Source: Chloroflexota bacterium (GTDB lineage Bacteria > Chloroflexota > UBA11872 > VXOZ01). From it: 64,000 nucleotides of DNA. Every line of letters begins with the position of its first letter. The stretch's first letter is position 1. The translations under genes and the position numbers were made by a program. Location of the stretch: assembly GCA_965221905.1 (NCBI GenBank), contig OZ244922.1, forward strand, positions 2,688,001 to 2,752,000, in the 5' to 3' direction. Below, piece by piece: positions 28,682-38,964 of this stretch. The notes beneath the pieces were generated by a model, which was not told the origin of the DNA, searched no databases, and saw only the letters and a program-made list of their open reading frames with translations.

Positions 28682-28709
28682 ATGCTAGCACATAATAATA
28701 ATGTGTCAA
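28682..28709 (-). promoter_or_regulatory. Candidate sigma70 promoter of the mauE-like operon with a palindrome in the spacer
   Basis: Minus strand TTGACA, 16 bp, (TGc)TAGCAT; CACAT-N7-ATGTG at 28689-28705; locally AT-rich. Confidence 0.55.
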
Positions 28710-28864
28710 TAGTTAAATGAACTAACTCTTGAGATTCCGTGAGATACTGCACGTTCTCAGATAAGAACGCGGTTGCTCACCTTGCAAGAATGGTGGGCAT
28801 GCGGGGATCCGGCGCCCAGGAGATCAGCGAGGGGGTAACAGCGCCTTGAGCCAAGCGCTTGAGG

Positions 28865-29662
28865 CTATGCCTCTAGCTGTGGCGGGGGAAGGAGCTGAGT
28901 GATGTGCGACATGGCGGCGTCTACGTGGCGCTTGCCGTCCTGCAGCGAGAAGCTCCCGTGGCCGGGGAATAACTGCGTGAATTCCAGCTCAGCAAAGCGC
29001 TTTACGGTGGCGATGGACTCCTCAAGCGAGCAATCCCAGATGTTCTGGAGAATGATGCGGCCGCCAGAAAAGAGGGCATCGCCGCTGAAGAGAGCGCGGT
29101 GTGCGCCGCCTCCGCGTTGCGCGCCGCCTCCTCGTTGCGGGCAGTCTTCGCGTTGCGCGCAGTCGTCAACAAGGAATGCCAGGTGGCCGCGGCTATGGCC
29201 GTCGGCTTTCAAAACCGTCACAGTGAGCGACCCAACGTTGATGACGTCGCCATCCGCAGCAGCGGTCGCGGACGCCACCGGCCGCAAGCGGTTTTCTAAC
29301 GGATACATGCCTGTTTGACGCGCGGCAACCAGGCTCGCCGCCTCTTCATCACCGGTCTCGAGCCAGCCGGCAACGTCCTGGGAAGCGATTATTTCGGCGC
29401 CACATAATTGCTGCAACTCCGCGGCGCCACCGGCATGATCGAGGTGCAGGTGCGTGACGAATATCTTGGAAATGTCACGGGGATCGAAACCGGCGGCCTC
29501 AATCTGTGCCGCTATCGCCGGTGTGTCCCTGCCGACGCCGGTATCGATGAGGGCCAGTTCCGATCCTCCGTCGAGCAGATAGACGTGGCAATCGAGCGGG
29601 TCGGTGAGGCTAAAACCGCTTTGGCCGCTGCCAACAAGATGAACGATATTCGTGAGTTGCAT
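28865..29662 (-). CDS. Metallo-beta-lactamase fold hydrolase
   Basis: LIDTG, THLHLDHAGG, GHSRGH, FSGD, FPGHG. Confidence 0.88.
   Translation of the reverse strand: MQLTNIVHLVGSGQSGFSLTDPLDCHVYLLDGGSELALIDTGVGRDTPAIAAQIEAAGFDPRDISKIFVTHLHLDHAGGAAELQQLCGAEIIASQDVAGWLETGDEEAASLVAARQTGMYPLENRLRPVASATAAADGDVINVGSLTVTVLKADGHSRGHLAFLVDDCAQREDCPQRGGGAQRGGGAHRALFSGDALFSGGRIILQNIWDCSLEESIATVKRFAELEFTQLFPGHGSFSLQDGKRHVDAAMSHITQLLPPPQLEA
29096..29164. repeat. 18-bp tandem repeat (~4 units) inside the MBL gene
   Basis: Encodes DCAQRE/DCPQRG/GGAQRG/GGAHR. Confidence 0.8.
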
Positions 29663-29739
29663 GAGTCGACACCCTCTGTGTAGACATCCTTGCAAAACTC
29701 GTCTAAACGAGCGGGATTGGACTGCATTGACTAGGATTC

Positions 29740-29782
29740 ACCCTCACCCTAGCCCTAGCCCTCTCCCTCAATTGAGAGGGGA
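29740..29782. repeat. REP-like element of the CCCTCACCCT-CCCTCTCCC-GAGAGGG family (second copy 63101-63133)
   Basis: ccctcaccctagccctagccctctccctcaattgagagggga. Confidence 0.65.
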
Positions 29783-29826
29783 TACTAGACCACCGCCCCA
29801 CGCTATGCAAGGAATTCCTATAGTTT

Positions 29827-30336
29827 TCAACGTCGGATAAGCCGGAAAAGGACGTAAATGAGGCCGATAACGAGACCGCAGATCGCCGCGCCGCGTGTAT
29901 CGAGGAGTGTATTGACGTTTCCGTTCACGCGACCGCCAATCACCACCACACTTGCCACCTGCTCCGCCTCGATCTGCCCGCCGACAATCCATTGCGATAC
30001 CGAGTAGTTCGTATCCACACTGCCGCCGACCACCAGCCACGTCGCCCCTTCTGTCACGCTCACTTCATGGCCGGCCGCGATTCCTGTCAGGCCCTGCTGC
30101 AGCGACGCAGCCTCCGCTTGCACGACTCCGGTAGCCGTATTCTGCATGTCAATATCATCGGCGACCACGTGCCGCACGAGACTATTCGCAATTTGGAAAC
30201 GCTCGTCTACTTCCGTTGCGTCTCCGGCAGCGTCTTGCACGCCGTCACCCATTGCTTCTCTAGAGACGTCTTCCGAAACGTCATTGTCTACCGGCACTTG
30301 CCCCGGCTGCACCTCAGAAGACCCCATATTGGGCAT
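29827..30336 (-). CDS. Hypothetical protein with acidic N-terminus and C-terminal membrane anchor
   Basis: GAAGGG RBS-like sequence upstream; short beta-rich repeats; TM helix followed by RLIRR. Confidence 0.6.
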   Translation of the reverse strand: MPNMGSSEVQPGQVPVDNDVSEDVSREAMGDGVQDAAGDATEVDERFQIANSLVRHVVADDIDMQNTATGVVQAEAASLQQGLTGIAAGHEVSVTEGATWLVVGGSVDTNYSVSQWIVGGQIEAEQVASVVVIGGRVNGNVNTLLDTRGAAICGLVIGLIYVLFRLIRR

Positions 30337-30440
30337 CCCTTCTTCTCAACAGTTTTTCTTGCCGCTGCTCTCGCGCGTTCTTACAGGCCACCCCTCTCAC
30401 TCTATGATAGCAGCCCAACATAAGTGCAGAGAGAAAACCG

Positions 30441-31607
30441 CTACTCAGATACCGCGCGCGCGTAATCCATCACCTGCTTCACCGGCACCTGTGCCGCCGT
30501 TGCAACTTGCAAGCAGTCTTCGTACTCCGGACTGCGATTCACTACCTTGCCGTGCCAGTGCGCGACCTTGATCCGCACCGCACCCCACGGTGTGCCCACG
30601 TGCTCCACCTGCCGCTCCAGCTTGATCCGCTCGACCCGGTGCATGCGTACGCCAATCGTCGTGGTCTCTTGAAAGACAATGTCCAGCAGGGGCGTGTGGT
30701 CTGCGGCTTCCGTCAGCACACTGAGCACGTGACCGGGCCTGCCCTTCTTCATCTGAACGGGGGCCAACATCACGTCCAGCGCGCCGGCCTTGAATAATTG
30801 CGCGGAAACGTGACCATACAACTGCGGATTCATGTCGTCGATTGTGGTTTCGATAACGGTTGCCATGCCATGGGTGTTTGCAGCCGTTTCCTCCCCGATG
30901 ATGAGGCGCAATACGTTGGGGATTTCGCTGTCGCGCATGCCCGCGCCGTAGCCCACGCGTTTCACCTGCATTGTCGGGATTGGGCCGAACTCATCCGCCA
31001 ACTCGCTCAGCAGGAGCGCGCCGGTTGGCGTTAGGGTCTCACCCATGTCCGCCATGGCATAGATCGGTTTGTCCTTCATCAAATCCAGCGTCGCCGGACC
31101 CGGAATCGGCCACCAACCGTGACGAGTCTGAATGGGCGCGCTGCCTCCGATGTTAACGGGTGAGCAGACGATGCGCTCGATACCAAGCGCCCGCAGTCCC
31201 GCCACCACACCGACGACGTCGAGGATTGAATCGACCGCGCCGACTTCATGAAAGTGCACCGCCTCCGGCGCCACGCCGTGCATGCGGCCCTCGACTTCCG
31301 CCAAACGCTCAAAGAGTCGTTTACTTGCCGCGACTACGTCCTCGTCGAGGCTGCTCCCTTCGAGGAGCTGCACAATATCGTGGAGGTTTCGCTCAACCGT
31401 ATGCTCATGCGCATCAATGTCGATGTGAACTTGCAATGCCCGGAGCAGCCCCTTGCGCACTTCCTCCGACCGGACCTCATAGCCGCCGAGCGGAATCTTG
31501 GCGAACGTGGCCTTGAGATCGTCCAGCGCCCAGCCGCCATCCACCAAGGCGCCAAGCATCATATCGCCCGATGCTCCGGCAAAGCAGTCGAAATAGGCGA
31601 CTCTCAT
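30441..31607 (-). CDS. larC: Nickel pincer cofactor biosynthesis nickel insertase LarC
   Basis: YFDCFAGASGDMMLGAL, VHFHEVGAVDSI, TPTGA, QMKKGRPG, ETTTIG, PEYED. Confidence 0.95.
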   Translation of the reverse strand: MRVAYFDCFAGASGDMMLGALVDGGWALDDLKATFAKIPLGGYEVRSEEVRKGLLRALQVHIDIDAHEHTVERNLHDIVQLLEGSSLDEDVVAASKRLFERLAEVEGRMHGVAPEAVHFHEVGAVDSILDVVGVVAGLRALGIERIVCSPVNIGGSAPIQTRHGWWPIPGPATLDLMKDKPIYAMADMGETLTPTGALLLSELADEFGPIPTMQVKRVGYGAGMRDSEIPNVLRLIIGEETAANTHGMATVIETTIDDMNPQLYGHVSAQLFKAGALDVMLAPVQMKKGRPGHVLSVLTEAADHTPLLDIVFQETTTIGVRMHRVERIKLERQVEHVGTPWGAVRIKVAHWHGKVVNRSPEYEDCLQVATAAQVPVKQVMDYARAVSE

Positions 31608-32380
31608 GGCTCCTCCTGCGTGTCACCGCTCTCGGCAACGCGACAAATCAAACCGGCCATGTACCCGGCGCCGAACCCATTGTCGATGTTTACGACGGAT
31701 AGACCGGCGGCACAGCTATTGAGCATGGTGAGAAGCGGCGTGAGCCCGCCAAGGGAAGCGCCGTAGCCTACGCTTGTCGGTACGGCGATTACCGGACGAT
31801 CGATCAGTCCGGCAAGTACACTCGGCAGCGCACCCTCCATCCCGGCCACGGCGACCACCACGCGCGCCTGTTGCACGACTGCGATATTCAGCAAGAGCCG
31901 ATGCAGCCCGGCCACGCCTACGTCCGCCAGGCGATCTACCTGACAACCCATCAGCTCCGCTGTCAGGCAAGCTTCGGCAGCCACCGGCAAGTCCGCCGTG
32001 CCCGCCGCGACTACGGCAACCCGGCCCTGTGCAATAGGGCGTATGCTGCGACGGACCACGATGGCACGGGCGTCATCATAGTACTCGGCAGCCGAAATCC
32101 GCGACTTGACCTCTGCGTAGACTTCCGGGGTCGCGCGTGTGGCCAGTACCGTCTGATCGTGGGCGAGCAACTCCTCGGCAATACCGATGATCTGTGCCGA
32201 GGTCTTGCCCGGACAGTAGATGACCTCCGGAAAGCCGACACGCAGCTGGCGCTGCGCATCAACCTTGGCGAAGCCTAGGTCCTCATACGGAGCCAGGCGT
32301 ATGCGTCGCTCGACGTGCTCAACGTCGATTGTTCCTCGTTGCAAGTCCGTCAATAGCGTGCGCAGAGTCTCGGGGTTCAT
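31604..32380 (-). CDS. larB: Nickel pincer cofactor biosynthesis carboxylase/hydrolase LarB
   Basis: GFPEVIYCPGKT, DVGVAGLHRLL, AGMEGALPSV, VPTSVGYG, VVNIDNGFGA. Confidence 0.95.
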   Translation of the reverse strand: MNPETLRTLLTDLQRGTIDVEHVERRIRLAPYEDLGFAKVDAQRQLRVGFPEVIYCPGKTSAQIIGIAEELLAHDQTVLATRATPEVYAEVKSRISAAEYYDDARAIVVRRSIRPIAQGRVAVVAAGTADLPVAAEACLTAELMGCQVDRLADVGVAGLHRLLLNIAVVQQARVVVAVAGMEGALPSVLAGLIDRPVIAVPTSVGYGASLGGLTPLLTMLNSCAAGLSVVNIDNGFGAGYMAGLICRVAESGDTQEEP

Positions 32381-32634
32381 TAGACGATGCCAATCTCCAA
32401 CGTTCGCAGTCCTTTATCCAAGCACATGTACAGCAATCAGCGGGTACGCCACTCCCATCATTTTAGCGCAGTTGGGAGGGCGTGCCAGCGGCGCAACGAG
32501 CCGAAACAATGCATATCAACGCGCACGACCGTGGCGACGTATGCCGAGCGGCCCAATGCATGCTCAAGCAGGCGGCTGCACGTCTTCACATGCATGTCCC
32601 ACGTGAACTCAATTGAGAACGCAGCAATTCACGT

Positions 32635-34823
<2,189 letters not shown>

Positions 34824-34950
34824 TCCGCTCCAACCCCTTCACTGAACTAGCCAGACTCTTTCACTTGGTCTTAGCGCCGCAGGAAGTTCTACAGACTTTG
34901 GTTCCCTGCATCTCTCTCATGTTCTTCCCCAAGAGCCGCCGGCGCTGACG

Positions 34951-35562
34951 CTATGGGCTCAGCGATAGCGCCGCTTCGCGTTTCTCCGCCACCTGTTCAT
35001 ATGAGGTCAGACGGGCACGCATTGTCGCTACCACGCTCGGATCTTTGATAAAACCAAGGCTTGACCGGATTGTAATTACGCTCCCCTGCAACGCTGCCTC
35101 CGCCAAGAGCACCGCCATGACGGCATCCGCCACGAGATTTCTATTGCCATGCTCGGCCAGCCACAAGGCATGATCGCTTACGCCCACACACGCATCGGCG
35201 ATGGCAAAGAGCACCTCAGTGGCCTTCACTGAAGCCTGCTGGATGTGCCTTGAGCGCGCTGCTTGCTCTGCATCGGTGCCGCGTGGCATCGCAAAGCCCG
35301 CCCCCACGGCGCCATATGCATCAATGTCTTCTTGCACCAGGTCTTCCAGCTCTTGCAGGGCTCGATTCAGATTCGCGAGCCGCTCCTCAACCTGGGCACT
35401 AACACTCGCATATTTCTTCCTGCCCAACGTGAAGTTGGCAACCATGACGCCCAGGCCGGCGGCAAGCGCCCCAACTAGCGCCGCTACGCTGCCTCCCCCG
35501 GGTGTCGGTTCGTGCGCGGAGAGCGCTTCCAAGTAGGTATGAATACTTCGCTCGGTAATCAC
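34951..35562 (-). CDS. fchA: Methenyltetrahydrofolate cyclohydrolase / FTCD C-terminal family (FchA-like)
   Basis: PTPGGGSVAALVGALAAGLGVMVANFTLG, GNRNLVAD. Confidence 0.85.
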   Translation of the reverse strand: MITERSIHTYLEALSAHEPTPGGGSVAALVGALAAGLGVMVANFTLGRKKYASVSAQVEERLANLNRALQELEDLVQEDIDAYGAVGAGFAMPRGTDAEQAARSRHIQQASVKATEVLFAIADACVGVSDHALWLAEHGNRNLVADAVMAVLLAEAALQGSVITIRSSLGFIKDPSVVATMRARLTSYEQVAEKREAALSLSP

Positions 35563-35591
35563 CGCACGCTCCTCCTTCTAAGCGTTGCTTG

Positions 35592-36251
35592 CTAGGCTTC
35601 ATTCCACCAGCGTGACGGGATCACACCCGCTACCCGCACCCGATCATTCTCAATGCGTACCCTACCTTCGGCAAACCACTGCACGACACAAGGCAGCAGA
35701 CGATGCTCCTGCGCCAAAATGCGTTTCGCCAGTGACTCTACCGTATCGTCCGTCAGCACGGGCACTGCGGCCTGGGCGATTATTGGCCCTGCGTCCACAT
35801 CATCAGTAGCAATGTGTACCGTACATCCCGCAATCTTAGCGCCGGCTTCCAAGGCATCCTGCTGTGGTTTGGGGTTCATCCCGCCCGCAAAGGCCGGCAG
35901 CAAGGACGGGTGAACGTTGATGATCCGATTGGGATAGGCCTGTACCCATGCCCGCGATAGAATGCGGTCGAAGCCGCCGAGTACGATCAATTCCGAACCA
36001 TGCCGTTGCGCACATGCCAGCATCGCCTCATGTTGAGCCTCTCGAGACTCATAGTCGCGCCGTACAATAACGTAGGTGGCGATACCGGCTGCTTGTGCCC
36101 GCTGAACGCCCGGCGCGTTGCGATGATTGCAGATCACAGCAACGATCTGCGCGTCGAGGCGCCCTTCGTCAATCGCGTCAATGAGCGCCTGCAAGTTGCT
36201 ACCGCGACCGGAAATGAGCACTGCCAGGCGCAAGGCGGGCTCTCTAACCAC
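35592..36251 (-). CDS. purN: Phosphoribosylglycinamide formyltransferase
   Basis: ISGRGSNLQAL, INVHPSLLP, GCTVH, DAGPII. Confidence 0.96.
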   Translation of the reverse strand: MVREPALRLAVLISGRGSNLQALIDAIDEGRLDAQIVAVICNHRNAPGVQRAQAAGIATYVIVRRDYESREAQHEAMLACAQRHGSELIVLGGFDRILSRAWVQAYPNRIINVHPSLLPAFAGGMNPKPQQDALEAGAKIAGCTVHIATDDVDAGPIIAQAAVPVLTDDTVESLAKRILAQEHRLLPCVVQWFAEGRVRIENDRVRVAGVIPSRWWNEA

Positions 36252-36284
36252 TTTCGACTTGATACCTCTCTAATGCCCGCGCAT

Positions 36285-37316
36285 TCATCTTGCAATTTCA
36301 ACGCGCGGCTCGCCGGCATGATCCTCAACCACGCCGATGCGGCAGAGCGCCGATGCGATACGCTGGGCTTCCGCGGCATCTTTCTCTCCACAAATGACCA
36401 CATACCCAACACCCATGTTGAACGTGTGGCACATCTCTTCAAACGCCACTTTTCCGCGCTCCTGAATGAGCTGGAAGATTGGTGGCGCCGGCCACGACCC
36501 CCAGTGCAGGCGCACCTGTGTTCCTTGAGGCAGGATTCGAGGGATGTTGTCCCAAAGTCCGCCGCCGGTGATGTGTGCCATTCCTTTTATGTCGAGTTCA
36601 GACAGTAGGCGCTCCACGGGGTGCAAGTAACTTGTGTGGACCGCCAGCAAGGCATCCGCCAGCGTCGCCCCCAGCGCGGGCACGAACTCCTCCAGGGAGT
36701 CCTCAGAGAAGACACGGCGCGCAAGCGAATACCCGTTCGTATGCAAGCCATTGCTGGGAAAGGCCAGAACCGCGTCTCCCGGCTCGATGCGCTCGCCGCT
36801 TACAATCCCTTCACGCTCCACGACACCCACAATCGTACCGGCAAAGTCGAAATCGCCATCAGCGTAGAGGTCCGGCATTTCTGCCAACTCCCCGCCCAGC
36901 AGCGCGCACCCGGCTTCCTTGCATGCCGTCGCCGCGCCGGAAACGATATCGCCCATTACCTCAGGCACCAGCCTGCCCACGCCGACGTAATCCAAGAAGA
37001 AGAGCGGACGCGCTCCCAGGGTGAGAATGTCGTTGATGCAATGGTTGACCAGGTCTTGGCCCACCGTATCGTAGCGTTCCAATTGAGTCGCGAGCTTGAC
37101 CTTGGTTCCGACGCCGTCGGTACTCGTGGCGAGTACCGGCTCGGCATAGTGCATTGGAAACTGAAAGAGACCGCCAAAACTCCCGATGCCTGTGAGCACC
37201 TCGGGCCCGTGGGTAGCTTCCACGTGCGACTTAAAGAGTTGCACAGCCCTAGTGCCGGCTTTGATATCTACGCCGGCTTGACGATAGGTTGATGGCGGGT
37301 GACGGGTGTCACGCAT
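36285..37316 (-). CDS. purM: Phosphoribosylformylglycinamidine cyclo-ligase
   Basis: YRQAGVDI, STDGVGTK, SNGLHTNGYSL, AHITGGG. Confidence 0.96.
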   Translation of the reverse strand: MRDTRHPPSTYRQAGVDIKAGTRAVQLFKSHVEATHGPEVLTGIGSFGGLFQFPMHYAEPVLATSTDGVGTKVKLATQLERYDTVGQDLVNHCINDILTLGARPLFFLDYVGVGRLVPEVMGDIVSGAATACKEAGCALLGGELAEMPDLYADGDFDFAGTIVGVVEREGIVSGERIEPGDAVLAFPSNGLHTNGYSLARRVFSEDSLEEFVPALGATLADALLAVHTSYLHPVERLLSELDIKGMAHITGGGLWDNIPRILPQGTQVRLHWGSWPAPPIFQLIQERGKVAFEEMCHTFNMGVGYVVICGEKDAAEAQRIASALCRIGVVEDHAGEPRVEIAR

Positions 37317-37487
37317 AGACCTGAAATCACCGATCAACGAGCAAAACAGCCGGAATCAACGCCAGGGTCGTAGCAGTGGGTGTCCAATCAATTACCCCCG
37401 AGCATACAGGGGGTATCTGCTCACGGAAACGATTGATACAGGCGCAGTGTAGTTTCTGCTCACCCCACGCAATCGTCTGTACCACTC

Positions 37488-38942
37488 TCATGACACCGGT
37501 GCTCGAATTTGCTCTAGGGAAAGCTTGTCGAATTCCATCTGCACCGGGACCGGGTAGTCGCCATTGAAGCACGCTAGGCAGTATTGATCGTACGGCAAGC
37601 CAACAGCCTCTACGATGCCCTTGATGCTCAGGTACCCCAAGCTATCTGCCTGAATTACCGCCCCGACGGCTGATTCCGCCTCTTCCCGGGATTGGAAAGC
37701 GGAGGCAATGATCTCCCCCCGTGTCGGCATATCTACGCCCAAGAAGCATGGGTGGCGAATAGGCGGCGCCGCAATGCGCACGTGCACTTCCACCGCACCC
37801 GCCTGGCGCAGCATCTTTACAATAGGACGCGTATTCGTGCCGCGCACAATAGAATCGTCTACCACAACTACGCGCTGGCCTTCCAGCACCTCCGGCATGG
37901 GATTGTACTTCATGAGCGCACCCTCACGCCGCAATTGGTCGGTCGGCTGGATGAATGTACGGTGTATATAGCGATTGCGCACCAAGCCGTCGCGCAGCGG
38001 TATACCGCTCTCCTCGGCGTATCCCTGGGCGGCAGCGATAGCGCATTCAGGCACGCCCATTACTAAGTCGGCGCCCGGCGTGGGCCGCTCACGTGCAAGC
38101 TGTCGTCCCATCTCACGACGCGCGTGATAGAGCAGTTTGCCCTCGATGTACGAATCCGGTCGGGCAAGATACATGAACTCGAACATACAGACTGCCCGCT
38201 TCTTGACGGGTTGAATGCGATAGGACCGTAGCCCTTCTTCACCGACCGAGATCAACTCTCCCGGCTCTACCTCGCGCACGAACTCTGCGCCAACGGTATT
38301 CAAAGCGCAACTCTCGGATGCTACTACCCAAGAGCCATCGGCATTCCCCAAACAAAGGGGCCTATTTCCTAGCGGGTCCCGCGCTGCCAGAATATGATCG
38401 GTCGTCGCCATGACAAAACTGTATGAACCAACCAAGCGCGGCAGCGTGTGCTGCAGCTTTTCCGGCCACGTACTGCCCGGAGCAAGCGCCATGAGCCACG
38501 CCGCTATCTCGCTATCGGTGGATGACTTAGGGCGCACGCCGAGTTCTTCAAGGTCTTCCAGCAACTGGTCGGCATTGACGAGATTGCCATTGTGGGCCAA
38601 GGCAAACTGGCCCAGCGGGCCTTCTACAAAAATGGGCTGGGAGTTGTCCTCCCGGCTCGCACCCTTTGTGGAGTAGCGAGTATGCCCAACGGCTAAGATA
38701 CCGCTCAAGTCTTCCAGGATTTCTTCGGAAAACACGTGGGAGACAAGACCCATCCTGCGGTAGACCTGCATCTGCTTACCGTCAGCACTGGCAATGCCCG
38801 CACTCTCCTGACCGCGATGCTGAAGCGCATGCAAGCCAAAGTACGTGAGCTTTGCGACGTCGAGATCGGGACCGTAAATACCGAAGACGCCACACGCCTC
38901 ACGCGGCGAATCAGTCTCAGCAGTAGCTAGTGTAGGATCCAT
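37488..38942 (-). CDS. purF: Amidophosphoribosyltransferase
   Basis: Propeptide followed by EACGVFG, LQHRGQESAG, GHTRYST, HNGNL, VDDSIVRG, CLACF. Confidence 0.96.
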   Translation of the reverse strand: MDPTLATAETDSPREACGVFGIYGPDLDVAKLTYFGLHALQHRGQESAGIASADGKQMQVYRRMGLVSHVFSEEILEDLSGILAVGHTRYSTKGASREDNSQPIFVEGPLGQFALAHNGNLVNADQLLEDLEELGVRPKSSTDSEIAAWLMALAPGSTWPEKLQHTLPRLVGSYSFVMATTDHILAARDPLGNRPLCLGNADGSWVVASESCALNTVGAEFVREVEPGELISVGEEGLRSYRIQPVKKRAVCMFEFMYLARPDSYIEGKLLYHARREMGRQLARERPTPGADLVMGVPECAIAAAQGYAEESGIPLRDGLVRNRYIHRTFIQPTDQLRREGALMKYNPMPEVLEGQRVVVVDDSIVRGTNTRPIVKMLRQAGAVEVHVRIAAPPIRHPCFLGVDMPTRGEIIASAFQSREEAESAVGAVIQADSLGYLSIKGIVEAVGLPYDQYCLACFNGDYPVPVQMEFDKLSLEQIRAPVS

Positions 38943-38964
38943 AGCTCGCGCTGCCCTCTCCGAT

